Virus record (IMG/VR): IMGVR_UViG_3300042503_000209
Coordinates: 44,134-108,133 of that record
Direction: 5' to 3' (one strand)
From: a virus
DNA length: 64,000 nt
Part shown: piece after piece, positions 1 to 10,900 of the stretch
Layout of the letters: the number at the start of each line of letters is the position of its first letter
Numbering within the stretch: position 1 is the first letter of the stretch
The notes under the pieces: generated by a model
Seen by the model: only the letters and a program-made list of their open reading frames with translations
Told to the model about the DNA's origin: nothing
Database searches by the model: none
Made by a program: the position numbers and the translations under genes

Positions 1-3000
1 ATTTCATTCTGTTGACGAGTCTGCTGATAAGTTAAGAAATTAAGAAGACGTTTCATTTGTTCATCATCATCATCCAATCCAGAAGCTAACATATTAAATA
101 AGTAAGCAGCTACAGCAGAAGCCATAAAGAAGCCAAGTTCAGCAATATTCTTATGCATATTTCTTACTTCTAACTCAGACATATTCTTATACGTCTTAGA
201 CCCTGGTACAAGTGCACCTAACATACCGCCTGTCTTAGCTAAGAAACCTTGTTCAGTTTGATAAACGTGTTTCATTACATTCCAGAATGTTCTGTAACGT
301 CCTTCTATCACACCTAAGTTTTCATTATCATATCTCTTAGCAAATCTAGCTCTAAACAAAGGATAAACCCACTTGTGAAACTGAGCTCCTAACTCACCTA
401 ACCAGTGAGACTGAATTACCATACGATCTTCCCACGCATAGTTACCATGTATTTGTTTGTTAACTTCATAGATGTAATTAGTAACTCTGGTACGAAAAGC
501 TTCATCTATATCAAAACCTGGCTTAAGAGTAAGTTCGTTAGTATTTTCATCAAAGTTAAAAGCATCATAGATGCTCATCTTTTCACCAGTATTTTTATTA
601 GTAAGCTCAAATTTACTACTCATTGTAACAGCAATACCTGTCTTGGACTGTACGTTAAATTCACCAGCTTCTTGAAACACGTAAGCTAATTGTAAAGCAT
701 CAACTTTTCCAGAAGTTTCTTGATACTTACGAATCATTCTAAAGTATTTAACTACTGCCTCATACTTAGAGTTAGGTTTATTTAAATTATAAAGACCATC
801 TTTAGAACCCATACCTTTCATTAGACCAGGCATATAGTCTTTATTATACTCACCAGTAGCTCTAAAATATGCAGGACGATCAAAATAAACACCGCCATAA
901 GCTTCTATAGCATTGTTTATTCTACCCATTACATAGTTATTTACAGCACCGAATACGTTAAAACCTATACCTTTTAATGATGTAATGTTTTGAAGCTTAG
1001 CTGCAACTTGAGCAAATGTACTATAGTCATACTGATCATTGTTGTAGTAGACCATTTTAAACCATTTCTTAAGACGCTTATTAGCTAATGACTCTCCTTC
1101 TTTTTGATATACAGCATCAGCATCACTGCCTTTTTTCAAAAACTTTTCACCAATGCTATTAGAAACATAGTATTTTTTCTTTTCTACAATCTTAGATATA
1201 GCTAACAAAGAAGTTTCAATATCAGACATCTGCTCAAACTTTTCTGCCATCATTCTAAAAGCAATCAAGTTTTCTACAAGGTCAGTATTAATATCATTAA
1301 AATTAATCTTAGAGTTTTCTATAGCTAAAGAAAGCTGTAATTTTTTAAGCTCTTGCTCGTACACCTCATTGCTAATACTTTTTTCTAGTACATAAGCATT
1401 CTTAAGATCTGATATTTTTTCGTTTATTGCGTTTATACGAGCTTCATTACGAGGATCATTAGTATAAAGAATAGGTAAGTTATCTACAGGTACACCATCG
1501 TCATCTGTTAATCTTTGTGTAGAATGCACTTTACCAGATATATCAAACCAACTTCTTAGAGACTTAGTTATAGCTGTAAAAATTGATGACCCGTTTCTTT
1601 TAGCAGTGTTAATATAATTATCTTTAACTCTAGCTACCTTACCTAACATTTTTTGCTGAACGTCAATAGGAAGCTTTTCTAATGTAGCTTTCATCTCTTT
1701 ATTAAAGACTTCATAGAAGTCCTTCTGAGCACGCTCTAAATCCGTAGTAGGATTCATAAGCTTTACATAACGTTCATCCCGCATATCTACACCAGATAAT
1801 GTAGTTTCTCTAGTCTCAACGTATTTACTCTTAACAAAGTAGCCTGTTTTTAATTCTGTACGACCTCTATAAGAACCATCTTTTTCAAATATAGTTCCCA
1901 TGTATTCAATACGATCATAATACTTATCTCTAAACTTTCTATAAGCTTCATCTGTAACTGTAGATTTTTTAACCCATGATAGTATTCCACGTTTAGCAGA
2001 AGGACCATGAGGCATCTCATACATAGCACGCTCATTTATAAACTCACTAGAATATCTATGATACTCTCCACTAGTAATATTATTATTAGCATCTAGTTGT
2101 TCAGCTTCTCTAAACTTTCTTACTTTATCTTTACGTCTTTGAAGTTCAATATTATATAATACATCCTCACCTTTAGCATCTTCAAGATTTTCAATAAGAA
2201 TGTATTCCATCTTTTCTCCCTTATCATCTCTTAAAAGACCGTAAATTTCTTTTTTAAGATCATAATACTTTTGACCTATAGCTTGTAAATATCTACCACT
2301 AAAGTTGCCGTCTTTGTCGTAGTTAAGCATGAATGAAAAGTCAATCTTACCTCCAAAAGCTGCAGCTAATTTATTACCTATAGATTTAATCTTGATTATA
2401 AATTCATCTGTACGGTTCATAGCTTTTTGATTAGCTTCCGTATATAGATTAGCTGCTATAGCTAAGAGTCTTTCTTTACTATTCTGAAGATCACCTAAAG
2501 CATATTGATCTAAACTAATATCAAAACCTTCTTTAAGGATCTTGGTAAGTTCTTCTTCTGTTAGAGAAGCATTAGATTTTTTAGAAATCAAATCCTTAAC
2601 ATATGCTTCTAAAGCTGGATTGATTTCATCTTTTACAGCGTTAAGTAAACTTTGTACCTCACGCATAAGCTTTAACTGCTCTTGTGATCCTAATCCTAAT
2701 TCAGGAACAGATGCAAGTCCTCTATAAGATTCAACGAATTTTTCAGCTTCTAATATTACGTCTATATATCCTGGATTACCAACCTTAGATGGATCAGTAA
2801 TATACTTATACATACTTGATAACGTAGACTTAGTATAGTTAAGTAATCTACCAAATGAAATATCTGGTCTACCAGCATCTTTCATCTCAATAGAAGATAA
2901 TAACTCAGAAACTTTATCAACGCTCTGCTCACGACTCTCTTCTGAAAAAGATTCAAATCTTCTAGACTTAGCTAGATCTTTTAAATATATCTCACGTTGG

Positions 3001-4886
3001 CGTAGCTTATCTACAAAGGTTTTAATAGTTGCTTGAAGCTTATCTAACATATCTCCAGGAATATCCTCTTCAGGCATTTCTTCCTCAGCTGTTAAAAAGT
3101 CTTCATCATTAGCAGGGTTATTTAAACCTAAAGCTTTCTTGTATCCTTTAACTTTACTTCTACCACCTTTAGTCTTAACAATCTGATCTACAAAAGATAC
3201 GTTAGCACTTGGTTGGTGAGTTTGTATACCTTCCCACTCAAAGTCTGTAACTTTTTGTTCTTTACCCAAACCTTCTATAGACAACTTAATATGAAGAGTT
3301 TGAATTCCCTTAACAGGAAATCCGTTAACTTCAGCAAGTCTTTTGTAAGTAGCAACTTGTATACCATGCTGTTGCTGTGTAGTTAGAGGTCCTTCCAGTA
3401 CTGACTCTTCCCCTACTGGAAACTTTTTGTTACGATAGTTATCACTCTTATAACTGTTCTTAGAAACCTTTAGATCTGTAATAAATATATCACCGTTAGG
3501 TTTAACAATAAATATATCTAGAGATCCTGCTATACCACTTTGTGCATCAGACAAAACTACTTGTGGTAGTATAATAGAGCCATCTGACATTACACCAATA
3601 AAATATCCCTGTAAAGCATCATAAGCTCTTCTTGAGATATCTTCTGATATAATACCACTCATACTCTGTTTAGCCTGATCAAAAGTTTTACCTTCAATAA
3701 TGTCTTGAAGAGTCTGATCAAATTGAGATCCAAACAAACGGTTAAGTTCAAACATCCCTTCTGGATCATCAAGCTTACCTTTGATAGCTGTAGTTACAGA
3801 CTTATATGTTTGACCTGTACTTGTATGTACATACACGTGATTTTTTTCTTCTAGAATTACACGTCCTGGGTCTTCTTGACCAGCTTTAGGTTCAAAATAG
3901 ATATCATCTACTATACGCTTCTGAAGATCGTTTCCTAATTGTCTAATACGATTCTTAAAAGTTCTAGTACGTTCATCTAACTGATACAATGGTTTAACTG
4001 ATACCGGCATACCAGTAAGATCTATCTTACTTTCAGACAAGCTAATCATATCAGCAATGTCTTGTAAGTTATAGTTTAGTTCTAAATCAGATATCTTAAT
4101 ACTAAACACTTTATTAAACATTCTACGTAACCAGTTTTTAAACTGGGTCATCATAGAAAGTCTCACTCTACTAACTTGACTATCTTCTATATTACCAGCA
4201 TCGGTCATATTACCTGCAGCTAGTTTACCAAGATAGCTAATCAAAGCTTCATCCATTTGATCTTCTTCAGATAGATTACTATATCCTTCTGTAGCTTTAA
4301 CATTCTCAATCTCAGATAATCCTTCCTCTATAGACTGAAGCTCTTTCATTAGCTTATCATATAAAGACTTATTATCTGTCTTTAGTACACTGATGAATGG
4401 ATGTAGATACTCATGAAACGGAGTATCTTTAGTTATCTCTTTAGCAGAGTTAATATACACCTTACCGTTTTGAAACTTAGCTTTCCATTCAGAATTAGGT
4501 TCATTAACTACTTGATAATCAACACCAAATCTTTCTTTAAGTCTATCAAGCATCTTGGTAGCTGTTTCAATATCTACAGGCACTTGAGGTATTACAGCTG
4601 TAGGAGTTTCTACTACTGGTTCAGATCCTAAAAACTTTCTAACTGAACTTATAAACGGCTCGTTATTACTATCTACTAAACCTTTAGCTTCCCCAGCTTC
4701 AAAGTCTCCAAAGTAGGATTTAAAAGACGGGGTGTATGCAAGTAGATACATATCTACAGCTAACTCTTGATCTTTAGCTACTTCTGGTAATGATATAATA
4801 TCATTGTATAGTCTAGACTCCTCACCGTTAGGAGCTTTAACTGCTACAACTTTACCTTCATCATTTCTAAATATTTTACAAGCCAT
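1..4886 (-). CDS. Large virion cargo protein (>1628 aa, 3' truncated by window edge) with zincin and PD-(D/E)xK nuclease-like domains; not in the ORF track
   Basis: Hand translation from the ATG at 4886 gives MACKIFRNDEGKVVAVKAPNGEESRLYND. The segments I translated are open and share one frame down to the edge (...QMKRLLNFLTYQQTRQQNE). Motifs: KDTPFHEYLH (HExxH, 4401-4415); GIAGSLD...ITDLK...QVATY (~3340-3530); HGNYAWEDR...QFHKW near the end. It lies directly downstream of the vRNAP gene, as the large cargo genes of crAss-like phages do. Confidence 0.88.
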   Translation of the reverse strand, partial: MACKIFRNDEGKVVAVKAPNGEESRLYNDIISLPEVAKDQELAVDMYLLAYTPSFKSYFGDFEAGEAKGLVDSNNEPFISSVRKFLGSEPVVETPTAVIPQVPVDIETATKMLDRLKERFGVDYQVVNEPNSEWKAKFQNGKVYINSAKEITKDTPFHEYLHPFISVLKTDNKSLYDKLMKELQSIEEGLSEIENVKATEGYSNLSEEDQMDEALISYLGKLAAGNMTDAGNIEDSQVSRVRLSMMTQFKNWLRRMFNKVFSIKISDLELNYNLQDIADMISLSESKIDLTGMPVSVKPLYQLDERTRTFKNRIRQLGNDLQKRIVDDIYFEPKAGQEDPGRVILEEKNHVYVHTSTGQTYKSVTTAIKGKLDDPEGMFELNRLFGSQFDQTLQDIIEGKTFDQAKQSMSGIISEDISRRAYDALQGYFIGVMSDGSIILPQVVLSDAQSGIAGSLDIFIVKPNGDIFITDLKVSKNSYKSDNYRNKKFPVGEESVLEGPLTTQQQHGIQVATYKRLAEVNGFPVKGIQTLHIKLSIEGLGKEQKVTDFEWEGIQTHQPSANVSFVDQIVKTKGGRSKVKGYKKALGLNNPANDEDFLTAEEEMPEEDIPGDMLDKLQATIKTFVDKLRQREIYLKDLAKSRRFESFSEESREQSVDKVSELLSSIEMKDAGRPDISFGRLLNYTKSTLSSMYKYITDPSKVGNPGYIDVILEAEKFVESYRGLASVPELGLGSQEQLKLMREVQSLLNAVKDEINPALEAYVKDLISKKSNASLTEEELTKILKEGFDISLDQYALGDLQNSKERLLAIAANLYTEANQKAMNRTDEFIIKIKSIGNKLAAAFGGKIDFSFMLNYDKDGNFSGRYLQAIGQKYYDLKKEIYGLLRDDKGEKMEYILIENLEDAKGEDVLYNIELQRRKDKVRKFREAEQLDANNNITSGEYHRYSSEFINERAMYEMPHGPSAKRGILSWVKKSTVTDEAYRKFRDKYYDRIEYMGTIFEKDGSYRGRTELKTGYFVKSKYVETRETTLSGVDMRDERYVKLMNPTTDLERAQKDFYEVFNKEMKATLEKLPIDVQQKMLGKVARVKDNYINTAKRNGSSIFTAITKSLRSWFDISGKVHSTQRLTDDDGVPVDNLPILYTNDPRNEARINAINEKISDLKNAYVLEKSISNEVYEQELKKLQLSLAIENSKINFNDINTDLVENLIAFRMMAEKFEQMSDIETSLLAISKIVEKKKYYVSNSIGEKFLKKGSDADAVYQKEGESLANKRLKKWFKMVYYNNDQYDYSTFAQVAAKLQNITSLKGIGFNVFGAVNNYVMGRINNAIEAYGGVYFDRPAYFRATGEYNKDYMPGLMKGMGSKDGLYNLNKPNSKYEAVVKYFRMIRKYQETSGKVDALQLAYVFQEAGEFNVQSKTGIAVTMSSKFELTNKNTGEKMSIYDAFNFDENTNELTLKPGFDIDEAFRTRVTNYIYEVNKQIHGNYAWEDRMVIQSHWLGELGAQFHKWVYPLFRARFAKRYDNENLGVIEGRYRTFWNVMKHVYQTEQGFLAKTGGMLGALVPGSKTYKNMSELEVRNMHKNIAELGFFMASAVAAYLFNMLASGLDDDDEQMKRLLNFLTYQQTRQQNE

Positions 4887-4911
4887 GTGTTATGTGTATA
4901 TAAATTAATAA

Positions 4912-7900
4912 TTATTCTCCTTTACAACCAGCGTCATCTTCTTTTTTACGTTCCTGTAGTTCACTTCTTTTAGCAGCTAGAAGCTTCTGTAAGTTCTTCT
5001 TAGCTTCTTCTGGGTCTATGTCAGTTGGTACAGGATTGGTAAAGTTAGGCATTTCTCCCTCAGATTCATCAGTAGCTTTAAAAGTATTTTTCATAGCTTT
5101 TGGTGAAACAGGCTGCTCTTGACGAGTCTCTTTTAGAACACGCAATAGCTCAGCTGGTTCAGTAATCTCAGTGTCATACTTAACATCTTTACCGTTTTCT
5201 TTTTTATAGAAGGTAAGTTTATTACCTACTATCTGGAAGGTAATTCCCCAATCTTCTTGCAGATCTCTAGCTTCAGTACTAAATCTTAAAGGATCAAAGT
5301 TTCCGATAATATTATCTAGTTCAATTTCTGCTTTAGCTAAAGCTGCTTCAGAAAGATTAAACTTATTATTATTAGAAGCTTTTCTATTTCTAAGTACCAA
5401 GTTAGTAGGCATCTCACCTGTAAGTCCACCAACCTTCCATTGTTTTCTAGAACCAGTAGGCTCAAATTTCTCATATACAGCTGTGTTGCTTAGTGCTATA
5501 GTATCACCTACATTTTTAATAAATGACCCAACACCTTCTATAGGAGTAGATTGAGTTACTACTTCTTCTAATCTCTTAAGCTCAGCGTTTAAGTATTCCC
5601 AAGTTCTTGGAGCTTTTTCAGCAAGCTTAGCTAAACCTACACCAATTGGAGGCACAGTTAACTTGTTATACTTACCAGTGTTCCATACTGCTATAATAGC
5701 ATCTATGTCTTGAGTAATTATACGTGCATTTTCTTCAAAATCAGCATCAGATTTGAAAGCAGAATCATCCATGTTAGGAGCTTTCTTAGTAGAAATACCC
5801 ATAGCATTAGGCTCACCTCTCATCTCTTTAGCTTGCCCACCTAAACCTTTTCTTGTATCATTATCACCAAATACATATAGTGTACCTGGATTTTTCTGAA
5901 GATCTTCTCTTTTAAGAATCTTTGTAGTTCTTGAAAAAGCTGTAGCAGTGCTTACCTTCTTAGCTACACTTCTAAGTTTATAATATGTAGCTTTTTCATT
6001 TACACCTTTTTCACCTGTAAGTATCTTAACTGTATAAGGTAGTTCAATATAGTATCTATTGTTACCTTGTTCATCAGGACGATTAGTAAGTTTAAAACCA
6101 TTAGCTTTTAAAACTTCTTTATTATAGTTTAACTTATCTAAATCCTTTTGCTCAAACTTACCTTTTTCAAGTACTTCAGTATAAAATTCATTACCAAACT
6201 CATCAATCAACAACATGAGTTCAGGTTTACGAACTCCACCAAACAAGTCAATAGCTAGTATAGTTTCATCTTCAGACTGCATTATAACTTCAGGTACATA
6301 TCCTTTAGGTTTATTTTTTTCAGCCTGTGCATTTACTTTCTTACCAGCAAATACTCTTGTTATATTGAATGTATTATTAATGTTAGTAGTGTACAAAGAA
6401 GTAAACTCATTAAACATTTCTGGAGCTGTAGAACCAAATATTTCTTTGTACTTTTCAGTGTTACCAACTAAAGAGTCTTCCTTAAGAAGTTGATGAGCTG
6501 CCCCTGTAGAATCTAACAACTCTTTAAACATTGCAGGTGGAATAAACTTAATAAAACTACCACTCTTAAACTGAGCACCATCTTTAACTATAAGATAGTT
6601 AAATAAATTGTAAGCTAAAGATCTAGTTTTTGGATTACTATATATCTCTAAGAAGCTATCTTCAATACGATTTTGTTCGTGCTGCCCAAGCTTAGCCCAT
6701 GTATTAGACTCTACAGTGTTAATACCACCTCTTGATTTAGCATTAAAGTATTCTTGACCTGAGTTAACATCATATAGTTTTACAGGAACAATGTTTAAGA
6801 ATTTATTAGCAAAGTAGTTTTTAGGAAGTTGTTGTCTGATAGATTTTACAGTATCAATAATATCCATAAACTGATCTCCTCTAGCTACTGCTTCTGCATC
6901 ATAGATCATTGAATTATCTAAACCGGCTAGCTTTGCACCTTTACCGTTTACTTTTAGATACTGCATGTAAGCTTTAATACCTAAATAAGAAATGATATCA
7001 CGCTTTAGTGTAACGTTAAAGGTTTCTGCTTCTTTAGAATTAACTCTTAAATTTTTAAGAATAGTTTCTTTAAATCTCTGGAAGATATATGTCTTTTCCA
7101 TAAAGATACTTTTCTGAAGATCTTGAATCTGATTCTTAATTCTTAAATAGTTAGCCGTAATATTATGATGAGGTTTAGAAGCATCTTTACCTGTAAGCAC
7201 TTGACGTAAATCAAATGGTAATTTACTTTCAGAGAATGTAGAGTCATCCATATTTAAACCAAGCATCTCTTCTTTCTCTTCAATAGCATCAATAGCTTCA
7301 TTACTTGTACCTAAACCTTTAGATAACTTAAGTACTTGAGCTACAGCAGAATAGTAAGATGTTTGATTATAGAAATTTAAGAATGAACTAAATATTGCAA
7401 CATTAGCTTCTGGGTTAGAACCAGCAGACTTAATATTGTTTTCCAAAAGTTCTGTTGTAATTTCAGGTAAAGTAGAATCTTTTACTAATTCATTAGAAAG
7501 TTCTTCTAAAAGTTCCTCACCAACCTTAGCTTTTACTAAATCTTGTTCTTGAGGTGTTTTAATCTTCTTAGAAGCTACAGCGATACGCTTATAAAACTCA
7601 CGAACAGAAGGTTGTAAGTTAAACATAAGTGCTGTTTCTAAAGGTACACCAAGTGCAACCATATTAGATACTACACCTACAGCATTAATATTCAATCCAA
7701 GACGTGCAGCCAAACGTTCTTTGGCGTTATCCGTCATAGCTGATACTATAGCAGAAATGTGATAGAATATACGCTCACCTGTGTATCCTTCAACCTCACT
7801 TACTGCACCACCATCACCAATTTCTGTACGTTTTTGGAAAGCTTTGTTATACTCATAACTATTAAACTTATGACCATCTATAGTTAATACATACAATTCT

Positions 7901-10900
7901 TCTCCTTTACCGTTTGTTTCTCTAACTCTAGTTAGTTTACCATAACTATTCATAATGGCATAAACTAGCATTGAGTTTACAGCTGGTCCAATATTACGAG
8001 CACCTTCTTTATTATTTTTGAAAGCTTTGTATTGACCGATCATAGAGTCAACATCAGATCCAGTTTCTACTAACACATCTCTTAGTATTGGGAATCTTTC
8101 AATAAAGCTATTAACAATATCTATAAGTGGTTGTACCTCAGCTACTTGGAATGCAGAAGCAACTTTTCCTTCTGTAGACTTAGTAACTCCATCATTGTTT
8201 TGAAGCTTAATCTTAGCTTCAAGAATACGGTTGTTAAGTACACCATTGTTAAGTTCACCATATTGTTCTACAGCTTTAGCATATTCATCTGCATTACTAG
8301 GTAATCCTAATTCTTTTAAAGCACTCTCAATCATCATTGAGTCTAGAGATCTACTAAATAAGTCTTTAGCTAGATCTTCAAAGCTTTGATAAACACCGCC
8401 CTCTTCATCACTATAAGTTTCTTCATTCACAGCTTCAGCTCTAAGTTGAGCAAGCTTTGTTTTAAAAGTCTTATTGCTTGACTGCAAGTACATTACATAC
8501 TCAGTAAACTTACCGTCTTTAGTCTTAGCTGTACCATAAGGTATACGTTCTCCATCTTTACGATAGAAGTCCATAATTTGCATGTACACCTTATCAATAT
8601 CAAAGTCAGCTCCAGATATTTCAATAAGCTCGTGAGGAAACACTGCTGTAGATCCGTAGAAAGCAGGTAAGAAATCAACCAACTTACTGGTTACAAATGA
8701 GTGCTTATCTTGTGAAGGAATACGTACTGCAAAAGATTTTAAAGCTGCTTCTGAAATAGATCCATCTTCATTATATAAGTTCATGTCTTCTCTAAAGTGA
8801 GGAGGCATCATATACTCTGTAAAGTAACCAGTAATATTACCTTGTTCATCAAACTCTGGAACGTTATGTCTTAGATCATCTATGTAGATATCACCCACTT
8901 TAAGACCATCAAACTCACGATCTAGATTATTATTATAACGTTTAGCATCTTTAATTTGAGCTAATAAAGCTTTGTCTTTTTCATACTGGCGTCTAGTAAT
9001 AACTTCCCAGCTTAAAGGTTGCCCGTTCTCATCTAATCTTGTTACACGTTTAGCAACCTTCATACCGTAGTTAGAAGCTAACGCTAAAGAGTGTCCTGGA
9101 GTTTTTTCACTCATAACACCTTTAGAAAAGTAAGCTAAGAATAACTGAGTAAACTTATCTAAAGTGATAGGATGGTTAAGATCATACTTAGGTACATATT
9201 CACCAGTCTGCTCATTCTTAATAGGAGTAAAGAACTCAATAAGTTGTGAGTCAGCTCCTGTAGCTTTAAGAGTTTCAACTTGTTTATTTAAAAACTTACC
9301 AAGCTTAGGAGTAATCTGAGATTGTTTAAGTGACTTCTTAAGTTCTTTAAATGCACCTTCAATATCAAACATCTCATCACGAGCCGCAAAGTAGTTATTC
9401 TTAACACGTTGTTCAGTATCAGATAAATAGTTATCAATTACTTGACCAAGAGTCATCTCTTCACCCTGGAAATTAACTATAAGATCTCTTGACTGTTCTG
9501 CAATAATCAACTGCTTAGCTTGAGTAGGATCAGTAATTAATAACTTATTAGAAGGGTTTTCTAACTGAAGTCTCCAGAAGTTATTATCATGTTCTACAAA
9601 GTTCTCATCTGAAATAGAATTAGGGTCAGCAGCAATATTAGTCTTATATCCTTTAGAAGCAGACTTAGGTATAGCAAATGTAATAGTTTCATTTGCTGAC
9701 TCATATGCCTCAAGCTTTTCTCTTATTGTATGAAGCTCTTCATATCCTGGTCTAGCTACCCAAGTATTACCTTCTTCAACAGAAGTAAGTTGTTTACTTA
9801 ATAGAATACCTGAAGTCTTAACATACTTCTTACCATCGTTATACACAAGCTTAATAGAGTTAGTCTGAGCATTATAGCTAACAGAACCTCCTCTTGTACG
9901 AGATATTCCATTTTTATCTTTATATATCTCTCCAAAGATATCTTTTGTAGATACACTTTCTCCTCTTTCAATTTTATCTAGTAAGTCAGCTTGAGCTTGA
10001 TTAAGTTTACCAAGTCCAAACAATGTATAGCGGAAAGATTTTACAGACATCCACATTTGAGCATCTGCTTGTTCTTTATTCTTACCAGCATACTTACCTC
10101 TATATTGAGGATCATTAATTGTAACTACATGTGACTTTGTATTAGCATGATTAATGCCTAAGTTAGATGCTGTAACAATACTAGAAATAGATGCTCCAGA
10201 ACCATTCAAACCTTTATTACGCTTAACCTCATCAATACCACCATCGTTTTTATAGTTCTCAGCAGCATCTCCAATAAACAATTGTCTAGCTGATAATGTA
10301 TTAATAAAGTTGTTGATAAGTACCTGAGCTATATTATGTTCAGGTGCATCTACAACCATATTAAGCATCTTATTTCTATCCTTATCAGTTTTATTATCAG
10401 ATTTAAAACCTCTAAAAATATAATTAGTAAGAAGTCTATTCTCTAGTTTATCTTCTTTGGTTGCTCCAATTACGTTTTGTTCTTTTAAAACGGTAATCAT
10501 TTCATCAAGTTTACCGCCATCCGCTAACCAATACTTTTCAATTTCATTTAGAATTTGGTCATTGTATTGTGATATATCTTCAAAGTTTTTAGCAGCATCT
10601 TCTAAAGTAGATAATAAACTACCAAGCATATTACCAGTCTTAATAAACTTAAGACCTCTTTCTTCACCATTATGGTATCCTTCTATAATACCATTTAAAT
10701 AATTACCACTATTAATTTCAGTGGTCACTCTAGCTATTCTGTCAAACTCACGTTTAACTTCATTGAGCAACATATCCTTAGCTTCTTTAGTAAGAACTAT
10801 CTTACCACTCTTATATTCTACAGCTCTGATTACAGGTAAGTTTAACATATCACCTGTGTTAGAAGCTTCCAATACTCCTAATAATACTGAAGAAGTCATA

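Noticed and set aside
3280-3860. Cas4 / CRISPR-associated call for the nuclease domain
   Set aside because: No Fe-S Cys cluster is evident, there are no cas genes or array, and the domain is embedded in a cargo protein.
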